Shown here: piece after piece, positions 56,012 to 64,000 of the stretch
Position numbering within the stretch: the first letter of the stretch is position 1
Layout: every line of letters begins with the position of its first letter
NCBI GenBank assembly: GCA_963809485.1
Contig: CAWEJX010000012.1
Span: 1 to 64,000, forward strand
DNA: 64,000 bases
Reading direction: 5' to 3'
DNA from: an uncultured Acidobacteriota bacterium
Lineage (GTDB): Bacteria > Acidobacteriota > UBA6911
Notes under the pieces: generated by a model
The model's input: only the letters and a program-made list of their open reading frames with translations
The model's database searches: none
Told to the model about the DNA's origin: nothing
Program-made: the position numbers and the translations under genes

Positions 56012-57448
56012 CTACAGAGATATGCCAATTCTTATCGGCTGTATCTTGGCTAAATCAGAATATCCGGACTTGATTTCCAGCGTCTCGGCAATCAAAAGGT
56101 ATCGGTCTCCAGCCTCATCCCAGGCCGGCCATTCTATAAGCCCCTTCACGCTTGGGTTCCCCGTTCTGGCAAATTGAGTCCATATACTCATCATGGCTTC
56201 GGAGATCTTTCTGTCAACGCCTGAAATGGTTGGAGCCGGTGATTGGGCGCCGGAAAGTGCGAAACCGCCATAGTGGGCTTCCCAGGCTTCGGCAACATCC
56301 AGAGATCCGAACATATAATGCAATTCCATCCCGTGGGCCGCCACACAACCTTCCTGTCTCCAGTTATCCGGTACGCGGTCGAATACGGCAGCGTACCCTC
56401 TTGAGCCGGCTTTGCTCGGCGCCTTAAGCATGGTTCTATAGTCTGCGACCATCTTGTCCGCAATGACCAGACCGGGCCCAGTCAGTTCCCCCATATCGGA
56501 TACAACCAGATAGGGCACTTCATTCCGCTTGCCGGCCTGGAACATGTTGAATATTGAATCCGGCAGGAACCATCCATCCTGAACCACGCTCCAGGGCCCC
56601 ATGAATTCATACTCCGGGCCCAAATCTACGTTCAAAGCCTGTTCCGCTTCGACAATTTTTTCCCAGGAGATTGCGCGGGCTGCAGTCAGAGGATCCCTTT
56701 CCCCATCGACACCGAGTTTGGCAAAATATTTCCCGCCGAATGCTTCCATATTTTTCAGTTGGGTTGGTTCAAAATCCTTTCCCCCGCTTTGAATGATGGC
56801 CCGCTGAAACAGCCCTTTTGCCAGAGGGGAAGCCATCAAGGCGGCCACTTTGAGCCCGCCTCCGGATTGACCAAAGATCGTCACGTTATCCGGGTCGCCA
56901 CCGAAGGCGGCGATGTTTTTTTTGACCCACTTCAGGGAATCAATCAAGTCCAGAAAAAGATAATTGCCGGAAACCCCCTGGGGGGATTCGCGAGAAATCA
57001 ATTCGTGTGCGAACAAACCGAATATACCCAGCCGGCTATTGACGGTAACCAGCACCACACCATGGCTGGGCAGTCCGAGACTGTTGCTAATAGGCAGATT
57101 GCCGTTCCCATATCGAGTGCCACCTCCATGAAACCAGACCATAACCGGCAATTGATCGCTCGCCTTTTGGGCCGGCGTCATTACGTTGAGATAAAGGCAA
57201 TCTTCACTCGATGGCAATGCCTGCAGTTTTTCCGATGCATGAACATCCGGATACTGAGCAGCCTGAATGCTGAATTCAGTGCATTCGCGCACACCCGGCC
57301 ATGAAGCCGCCGGTTGCGCCGGCTTCCAGCGCAAGCCTCCGACGGGCGGAGCGGCATAGGGTATGCCCCTGAATATATGGATCTCCGGACCACTTTGTCT
57401 TGCCTTCATGCCGGAGATAGAACCGGTATTCAGCATTATCCGATCCAT
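56012..57448 (-). CDS. Cytoplasmic type-B carboxylesterase
   Basis: FRGIPYAAPPVG, SEDCLYLNV, GQSGGG, AHGMEL; no signal peptide. Confidence 0.92.
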   Translation of the reverse strand: MDRIMLNTGSISGMKARQSGPEIHIFRGIPYAAPPVGGLRWKPAQPAASWPGVRECTEFSIQAAQYPDVHASEKLQALPSSEDCLYLNVMTPAQKASDQLPVMVWFHGGGTRYGNGNLPISNSLGLPSHGVVLVTVNSRLGIFGLFAHELISRESPQGVSGNYLFLDLIDSLKWVKKNIAAFGGDPDNVTIFGQSGGGLKVAALMASPLAKGLFQRAIIQSGGKDFEPTQLKNMEAFGGKYFAKLGVDGERDPLTAARAISWEKIVEAEQALNVDLGPEYEFMGPWSVVQDGWFLPDSIFNMFQAGKRNEVPYLVVSDMGELTGPGLVIADKMVADYRTMLKAPSKAGSRGYAAVFDRVPDNWRQEGCVAAHGMELHYMFGSLDVAEAWEAHYGGFALSGAQSPAPTISGVDRKISEAMMSIWTQFARTGNPSVKGLIEWPAWDEAGDRYLLIAETLEIKSGYSDLAKIQPIRIGISL

Positions 57449-57884
57449 AGGCTTCTCCCGTTCCCTCTAAGCTCCCTTATTTCCCAATAGAATTTTTGAT
57501 ATTAACATGCTTCGCTATTTCAAGTCCGGAATATCCAAGCCGCGGCAACATATACTGAGCGTCCGAAATAAATGCTCATCCGTGGATTTTCATCAGGCGC
57601 AAAGGGCCGGCACAGCAGTGGAGTGCCGCGCCTTTGGCGCTCCTTTTAAATGTAATCCCATCCCGGCCTCACGGCCGGGCTTACTGCCTACCGGCCCATT
57701 CGGCCTCACCGGGGATACGCAATTATTCATGTCGTTCTGTATAGATCCAAGGAATAGCCTTCGAGAAGCGATTTGGGGACTCGAAGACTCAAAGGCTCCA
57801 GATTTCCAAGAATAGCAATGCGTGAATTTTATGGAATAGGAGCGCCCCGGAGGATGCAGCTACTGGTTTTGTCCTGCATTTTGC

Positions 57885-58793
57885 TCACTTGAGCGTTTTG
57901 GCAACGCGAAAGCCAAGATAGTTGCGGCCACGAGTATCCGGCGCATACACAAACGCCCGATTCGCCGAACGCAGGGTTTTCGAGTTGCTCTCAAATGAAT
58001 TGGAGCGGAATCCGCGCACGGCGCAATTGCCGCTCTTTACCGCCGAGCCGTCGGTCGGCAACAATGCGATGTCGGTTTCGTAGCAGTCCTCGATCCACTG
58101 GTAGATGTTGCCGTACATGTCACACAGGCCGAAAGCATTTGTCGGGAAGGAACATACCGGAGAGGTCGAATTTACCCATACGTCCCGTCCCGCTGCCAGT
58201 CCGCCCACATCCGGGCCGCCCTCTATGCCGTAATTGGCGTAATCATGACTGGGTTCGTTCCCCCACCAGTAGACGCTAGTAGTGCCGGCACGTGCCGCAT
58301 ATTCAAATTCCGATTCCGTCAAAAGGCGATATTTCTCCTTGCCGATCTTCCTGTTGAGCCAGCCGACAAACCCCTGTGCATCCCACCAGCTGATGCCAAC
58401 CACGGGGTGGCTGCCCCTGCCGTGGTCCACATACTCTTGGATCGGTTTCCCTTTGGGGTCCAATCGAAGCGCAGCTTCTAGAGCCTGCCCCTCGCACATG
58501 GCGTCGCGCACGCAGGCTTCCCACTGATCCCAGGTGATCGGCCCTTTGCTCACCGCAAAGGAATATGCGATCGTGACCTTGTGCTGCCCCTCGTCTTTAT
58601 CCCGGGCCTTCTCTGTTTCCGGCGACCCCATGATAAACGTTCCCGGGGGGATGACCACCATTTCCGGACACGTCTCACAATCCTTAAAAGTTCCGGAGGC
58701 ACCATCCGCAGCATCTGCGAACGTCGCCAATCCTCCCATCATGCTTAACACAGCGGCAGCCAGCGCTGGAATCCCCAAACGCAGTCGTTTCAT
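57885..58793 (-). CDS. Formylglycine-generating enzyme (SUMF1/FGE-sulfatase) family protein, exported
   Basis: CPEMVVIPPGTFIMGS, HPVVGISWWDA, RLLTESEFEYAAR, NAFGLCDMYGN, LGFRVA. Confidence 0.9.
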   Translation of the reverse strand: MKRLRLGIPALAAAVLSMMGGLATFADAADGASGTFKDCETCPEMVVIPPGTFIMGSPETEKARDKDEGQHKVTIAYSFAVSKGPITWDQWEACVRDAMCEGQALEAALRLDPKGKPIQEYVDHGRGSHPVVGISWWDAQGFVGWLNRKIGKEKYRLLTESEFEYAARAGTTSVYWWGNEPSHDYANYGIEGGPDVGGLAAGRDVWVNSTSPVCSFPTNAFGLCDMYGNIYQWIEDCYETDIALLPTDGSAVKSGNCAVRGFRSNSFESNSKTLRSANRAFVYAPDTRGRNYLGFRVAKTLK

Positions 58794-58993
58794 ACCATCC
58801 CCTTGGATTAATTGTTTCTGCCTGTGTTCCTTTGCTTTTATGCACGTTCCCAGCGAAAAATACAAGCGAAGAACAAAAGGAGCTGGAAAACTAGCCAGTT
58901 TCTGTCGCGAAACTCGGGTTTTGCGAAAAAGCCAAATTTTTCAACCGTCAATAGGATATTTGATATTACATAGAAGCCGATAATTGGAGTCAG

Positions 58994-59171
58994 GCCGCGT
59001 AGCGGCCAGCTGAATTTAGCCAGGCCTTTTAAGGCCTGGATCGAAAGGAGTTAAGTTTTCCGTCGCGTAGCGACGGCTGAATCTCAGGCGTCGCTACGCG
59101 ACGCGCTGCTCGCTGTACCATGGTTCCCGGCCTTGAAAGGCCGGGCTAAAATCATAGTGCCGCTACGCGGC
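58994..59171. repeat. REP/REPIN-like nested palindrome cluster
   Basis: Terminal IR gccgcgtagcggc/gccgctacgcggc; internal cgtcgcgtagcgacg/cgtcgctacgcgacg and ccggccttgaaaggccgg. Confidence 0.75.
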
Positions 59172-59556
59172 ACAAACCAGTTTCGCGACAGTCCTCCATG
59201 CGCCCGGGGCGCACCCAAGCGCATGAAAATCGGCTTCGCCGACGCTCAATTTGGTGAATGAAGGGTGTAACTGATTCATCAGCTTCGCTATTTTCGGAGC
59301 AGAAACTAGCCAGTTTCTGTTGCCGCACATGGCGCATCGAGTTTATTCCATTGCATTTTAATTGTATTCTGTATGCATTTTAATTGCATTTTAATATTCA
59401 GGATATCTTGATATATTTTCATGGTCAGAATCTCAAATCGCTCTGACAGGAAAGGCAAAAACAGAAGGACTCGGCTTTTTCCTGCTCTGCAGCAGGCATT
59501 ACTGTGTCATTGGCTATACGTGAAATGATGCTATCATCATTCTGAGGGTATTTAGG

Positions 59557-59787
59557 CACCTCCGGCAAAGCCAGAGGCTTGAAAGATTTGAACCGCTCAA
59601 AGCGGTTGGAGGAGTTACGCCGGTCTTGAACGCTGACTTACGCGGGCAAAAGCCGATGAGGCGCTTCCGCTCGCCGACCCTCGCCGAACAAATCGGCGTT
59701 TGTCAGCGCTTTTATCAGCGTTTCCCAGCGTTTCAAACTACGGAGCTGTCAAACTCTTTGAGTCCCCCGGTAGAGCCCGGGTTTACC
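59557..59787. mobile_element. Non-autonomous IS200-like miniature element with both palindromic ends
   Basis: ccggcaaagcc/ccgctcaaagcgg hairpins at one end, agtcccccggtagagcccgggtttacc at the other; no tnpA. Confidence 0.6.
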
Positions 59788-59914
59788 AATGTAATTAGGC
59801 AAGTAAGGCGGGAGGATGTGGTTTATCGGCAGAACTGCAGAGATGGGACAGGAATGAATATCCGGGTTCTTATGCAGATTGGATGCTTCCCTCAATTATC
59901 GATAGACTGATGCC

Positions 59915-60835
59915 ATGAGCAATTCGGACTATGGAGTCATATTCAACATCCAAGGCTATTGCATCCACGATGGCCCCGGAATTCGCACTTCGGTATTTCT
60001 GAAAGGATGTCCGCTACGCTGCCTCTGGTGCCAGAATCCCGAATCTCATTCTTTCTATCCCGAACTCCTTTTTGCAGAGGAAAAGTGCACCGGTTGCGGG
60101 AAGTGCGTCCAGGTTTGCCCGGAAAATGCAATCCGGGTGAACGGGAAAAAGTCCCGAACCGATCGCCAGTTCTGTAAGAGCTCAGGATTGTGCGTAGATG
60201 CCTGTCCCAACGAAGCGAGAGCTGCAATCGGACGCAGGGCAACGGCCGACGAGGTTTTCAAAGAGATCGCTGCAGATTCATTGTTCTATCAAGAGTCGGG
60301 CGGTGGAGTTACTTTGAGCGGCGGGGAGCCTCTGGCGCAACCTGAGTTCGCGGCCCATATCCTGAAAAAATGCCGGGATGCCGGATTCCACACGGCGCTG
60401 GATACATGCGGGTACGCAAGCTGGACAATAATAAAAGAGGTCCTGCGCCATGTAGACCTCGTGCTTTACGATTTCAAGCACATGAATCCGGAATTGCACA
60501 GGAAATATACAGGCGTATCCAACGAGCTGATTTTGCAGAATGCAGAGAAAATACATCATGAGATGTCAATACCGATGCGAGCCCGCGTAACAGTCATCCC
60601 GGGTTTTAACGACTCTCCTGAAAATATAGAAGCCACAGCCAGATTTATTGCTGATAAACTCTCGAATTCCATTCCTGTTCATATACTTCCCTATCATCGC
60701 CTCGGAGAGGCGAAGTGGGAGCGGTTGGACAGGAACAGTGAGACTGCAGCGATCGACACTCCCGGCGAACAGCAGTTAGCGGAGTGCCGGCGGATTTTTG
60801 AGTCCTTCGGTCTGACACCGATTGCCGGCGGTTGA
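59915..60835 (+). CDS. Glycyl-radical enzyme activating protein (radical SAM with ferredoxin insert)
   Basis: HDGPGIRT, GCPLRCLWCQNPE, CTGCGKCVQVCP, GGVTLSGGEP, LPYHRLG. Confidence 0.95.
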   Translation: MSNSDYGVIFNIQGYCIHDGPGIRTSVFLKGCPLRCLWCQNPESHSFYPELLFAEEKCTGCGKCVQVCPENAIRVNGKKSRTDRQFCKSSGLCVDACPNEARAAIGRRATADEVFKEIAADSLFYQESGGGVTLSGGEPLAQPEFAAHILKKCRDAGFHTALDTCGYASWTIIKEVLRHVDLVLYDFKHMNPELHRKYTGVSNELILQNAEKIHHEMSIPMRARVTVIPGFNDSPENIEATARFIADKLSNSIPVHILPYHRLGEAKWERLDRNSETAAIDTPGEQQLAECRRIFESFGLTPIAGG

Positions 60836-60885
60836 TTTATTCACAAGTAACCTTTTCCACAGGCTTTCTGTGAAGGGGAAAGGAT

Positions 60886-63288
60886 ATGAACACAAGAGTA
60901 CAAAGACTCAAGGATCGCCTCATGGTCAACCAATATCCGATTTGCGCGGAGAAAGCCCGGTTGATTGTGGAGTCTTTGCGGCAGACGGAAGGAGAACCGC
61001 AGATAGTTCGGAGGGCTAAGGCCACTGCCTACTATCTCGACAACAGGACAATTTTCATCGAAGACGACGAACTCATCGTCGGCAATGTTGCCAGCCGTCC
61101 CATGGGGATGGAAGCAGGATCCATGGGCCCGGCGTGGCCGGAGGAAGACCTCGAGGATCTCAGAAAAGGCACTCTTTCCCTATCTGATGAAGATGCGGCG
61201 ATTTTGAGATCGCTGGACGGCTATTGGAAGGAAAAGGGCCGGACCCTCGACGAACGGCAGGGGCAATTTTATGACGATGAGCGGTTGTGGCCGTTCATTC
61301 AATCAGGAATCCTCTGCCCGCCTTGGCAGAACAGGATTGAGGGGCGGGGCTCAGGTTCTGCAGGCGCCGGATGGGGATTGGGACTGGGGCTGTGTCTGAT
61401 CCTGCCCGATTATGCCAAGGTTTTGAATGAAGGACTGGCAAAAATTATCCGCGATGCGGAAGCTGAATTGAAAGCTTTGAAGTATTTGAGCCTCGACGCC
61501 ATAAAAAAGGCGGATTTTCTAAGATCCGTGTTGATTGTCATCCCTGCAATTATCCGCATTGCTGGCAGATTCTCCGACCTTGCCGCCGAAAAAGCCTCGA
61601 AAGAAAAGAATCCGCAGCGCAAAAGAGAACTGGAGAAAATAGCCGCGGCTTGCCGGCATGTGCCCGCAAATCCGCCCCGCACATTTTATGAGGCTATGCA
61701 GTCTTTCTGGTTCCTATGGCTGATGGTAGCCGGCGGGACCACGCCGGGAGGCCGCTTCGATCAGTTCATGTATCCGTTCTATCAAAAAGACAGGCAAAAC
61801 GGTGCTATCCGCGATGATGAAGTTTTGGAATTGCTGGAGCTATTGCGTATCAAAGTTATGCAGCTCAACTTTGTTGGCGGCGGCAAAGGCCAGCGTGAGA
61901 AGTGGGCGGGCATGGCCCGATGGAACAACTGGGTGATCGGGGGAGTCACGCCGGATGGCGACGACGCAACCAATGAGCTCTCCTACCTGATTCTGGAAGC
62001 GGCGCTTCAATGCCAGACTCCACATCACACTATCACGGTGAGGGTCCACCCAGGCACTCCCGACGCCCTCATGCTGAAAGCCCTGGAACTGGCAAAAACC
62101 GGGATTGGGATGCCGGCTTTTATTGGTGATAAATCCTATATCTCCTACCTCGTCGGCCAAGGGGTTCCGTTGCGGGATGCGCGGGACTTTGGATTGGCCG
62201 GCTGTATCGACGTCAATCTTCCCGGTAAATCGCGCATCAACGCCTTCGGCATGTTCATCGTGCCGCGTGTTCTCGAAATTGCCATGAACGGCGGCTTGGA
62301 TCCCCGTAGCGGAAAACAGCTGGGTCCAAGGACCGGGGAGATCGAAAGTTTTGAAACATTCGACGCCTTTTTCAATGCCTTCAGGGAACAACTCGCCTAT
62401 TTCATGGGGCTTACGGTAGAGGAGCATAACATTTTATTGCAGGCGCAGACGGAGCTTTTCCCGGATGCCGTTCATTCCGTCCTCATGGAGGATTCCCTGA
62501 AGGTCGGCAGAGATGTACTGGATCGGCGCCTCCCCTTTGAGAACGGCTCGGCCCTGAATCCGGTAGGAATGATAAACGTCGCCGATTCGCTGGCCGCGAT
62601 CAAGAAGCTGATCTTTGAAGAGAAGAAAGCAACGGCGCGGGAGCTGAAATCCGCCCTTGCTGCCAACTGGCAGGGGAATGGATATTCTGAGATGCGCTCA
62701 CTGTTCCAGGCAGCCCCCAAATACGGCAACGGTGATGAGTATGTCGACTCCATAGCCGCGGAGCTTTACAGGTTCTGGGCCGACACAGCGGTTACCTTCC
62801 CGAGCATTTGGGGAGGGAACGTAAAACCGACGGGCATATCGATTACGGCGCATGCGCCTGGAGGCGCTTTGACCGGCGCTACGCCCGACGGCAGATATGC
62901 CGGCGAAACGCTGGCGGACGGAACCATGTCTCCCGCCCAGGCCCGGGACACGCACGGCCCCACGGCCGTAATCCGGAGCGCTCTGGCAATCAACCAGGCT
63001 CCTTATCAGGCTACATTGCTTAACATGAAGTTTCACCCTACGGCCTTAAAAAGCACAGAGGACCTGAAAAAGCTTTCGCATCTGATAAAAGCCTATTTCA
63101 ATGGGGGCGGCAAGCACATTCAATTCAATGTTGTCGACAGGCAGACGCTGATCAATGCTCAGCAGCACCCCGAACGGCATCGGGACCTTCTGGTAAGGGT
63201 GGCAGGCTACAGCGCATATTTCGTGCATCTCACCAAAGCGGTCCAGGATGAGATCATCTTGCGCACTGAAATTGAAAGCCCCGGATAG
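60886..63288 (+). CDS. Glycyl radical enzyme (PFL-like superfamily, substrate unknown)
   Basis: GRFDQFMYP, AGCID Cys loop, PKYGN, ATPDGR, HIQFNVV, LVRVAGYS. Confidence 0.93.
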   Translation: MNTRVQRLKDRLMVNQYPICAEKARLIVESLRQTEGEPQIVRRAKATAYYLDNRTIFIEDDELIVGNVASRPMGMEAGSMGPAWPEEDLEDLRKGTLSLSDEDAAILRSLDGYWKEKGRTLDERQGQFYDDERLWPFIQSGILCPPWQNRIEGRGSGSAGAGWGLGLGLCLILPDYAKVLNEGLAKIIRDAEAELKALKYLSLDAIKKADFLRSVLIVIPAIIRIAGRFSDLAAEKASKEKNPQRKRELEKIAAACRHVPANPPRTFYEAMQSFWFLWLMVAGGTTPGGRFDQFMYPFYQKDRQNGAIRDDEVLELLELLRIKVMQLNFVGGGKGQREKWAGMARWNNWVIGGVTPDGDDATNELSYLILEAALQCQTPHHTITVRVHPGTPDALMLKALELAKTGIGMPAFIGDKSYISYLVGQGVPLRDARDFGLAGCIDVNLPGKSRINAFGMFIVPRVLEIAMNGGLDPRSGKQLGPRTGEIESFETFDAFFNAFREQLAYFMGLTVEEHNILLQAQTELFPDAVHSVLMEDSLKVGRDVLDRRLPFENGSALNPVGMINVADSLAAIKKLIFEEKKATARELKSALAANWQGNGYSEMRSLFQAAPKYGNGDEYVDSIAAELYRFWADTAVTFPSIWGGNVKPTGISITAHAPGGALTGATPDGRYAGETLADGTMSPAQARDTHGPTAVIRSALAINQAPYQATLLNMKFHPTALKSTEDLKKLSHLIKAYFNGGGKHIQFNVVDRQTLINAQQHPERHRDLLVRVAGYSAYFVHLTKAVQDEIILRTEIESPG

Positions 63289-63372
63289 GGACTCCAAAAT
63301 TCCTATGGAGCATTTGCATCCCAGGAGCTTTATTCCGGTCTTTGAATTCTGTTTACGGAACTGGGGGTTGTA

Positions 63373-64000
63373 ATGGAAACAGTGGCAGACAAAATACGCA
63401 GGAGAGGGTTTCCTTTATGTATAGAGAAGGCCCGCCTGATTACCGAATCCTATCAACAAACAGAGGGCGAGCCATCCATCCTAAGGCACGCAAAAGCTTT
63501 CTCCTATATGCTGGAAAATATGCCTGTATTGATAGATAACGATGAGCTTTTCGTTGGTGAAGGAGCCAGCAAACCCTGGGGGGCCGAAATAGACCCATTT
63601 CTGGGAGTGTGGAGGGAAGAGGAGATCAAGGCTGCAGCTGAAGAGGGAATCATATCTGTTGACGAAATAGACTGGCCGCTGTTCAGAGAACTTGGCAAAT
63701 ACTGGGAGACTAGATGCTCGGAGTACACTCAATCAAAGCTTTTCGATGAGAGAATATTCAGATACCTGCAGCTCGGCATTACGCTTCCACCGATGAAAAG
63801 AAAAGATGAATTTAGAGGTGCCTATGCCGGCAGCGGACTCTGCCTATCCTTTGCCTTTACCGATTGCTATGCGGACTTCTCCAGATGGCTGAACGGATTG
63901 AATCCAATAATTCTGGAAGCGGAAGAAGAGCTCCGGAACTTGAGGTTTTTCAATCTGGATGACGTGGAGAAAAAACTATTTTTGGAAGCAGCAATAATGG
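63373..64000 (+). CDS. Second glycyl radical enzyme, N-terminal part (runs off the window)
   Basis: METVADKIRRRGFPLCIEKARLITESYQQTEGEPSILRHAKAF..IDNDELFVGE, paralogous to 60886. Confidence 0.85.
   Translation, partial: METVADKIRRRGFPLCIEKARLITESYQQTEGEPSILRHAKAFSYMLENMPVLIDNDELFVGEGASKPWGAEIDPFLGVWREEEIKAAAEEGIISVDEIDWPLFRELGKYWETRCSEYTQSKLFDERIFRYLQLGITLPPMKRKDEFRGAYAGSGLCLSFAFTDCYADFSRWLNGLNPIILEAEEELRNLRFFNLDDVEKKLFLEAAIM

Noticed and set aside
58994-59400. Possible CRISPR array
   Set aside because: Repeats are inverted or nested, without regular unique spacers; no cas genes in the window

Overview
Bacterial window from a probable anaerobe (Acidobacteriota-like by gene content; inference only). 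Many otherwise intact genes carry single-base frameshifts, which suggests uncorrected long-read indels. The window has four blocks. (1) 1-3.6 kb: two BadF/BcrA-type ATPase activases and a secreted carboxylesterase. (2) 3.9-19.5 kb: decaying cargo with prs, SulP, a sulfur oxygenase reductase pseudogene, a truncated SoxB-like hydrolase, a P-type H+-ATPase and many gene scraps, ending in an integrase remnant next to tRNA-Arg(ACG). (3) 19.6-42.6 kb: a ~23 kb island bounded by a 46-bp direct repeat of the 5' half of tRNA-Arg. It carries an integrase/excisionase pair, a four-ORF IS21-family element, a RIT remnant, an ECF sigma factor with a zinc-finger anti-sigma/TM/TPR/CHAT caspase-like fusion and a secreted protein, a c-di-GMP module, an HNH nuclease, a coupling-protein remnant and a second int/xis module. 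(4) 43-64 kb: a hydrolase-rich cluster with four more carboxylesterases, CocE/NonD, an alpha/beta hydrolase, an exported UGSC selenoprotein hidden behind an in-frame UGA, a FAD oxidoreductase, an FGE-family protein, and a glycyl-radical activase followed by tandem uncharacterised glycyl radical enzymes. The best candidates for undescribed biology are the sigma/anti-sigma-caspase module, the UGSC selenoprotein/GRE/esterase cluster and the 5'-tRNA, promoter-replacing integration system. All calls come from reading motifs by eye; no searches were run.
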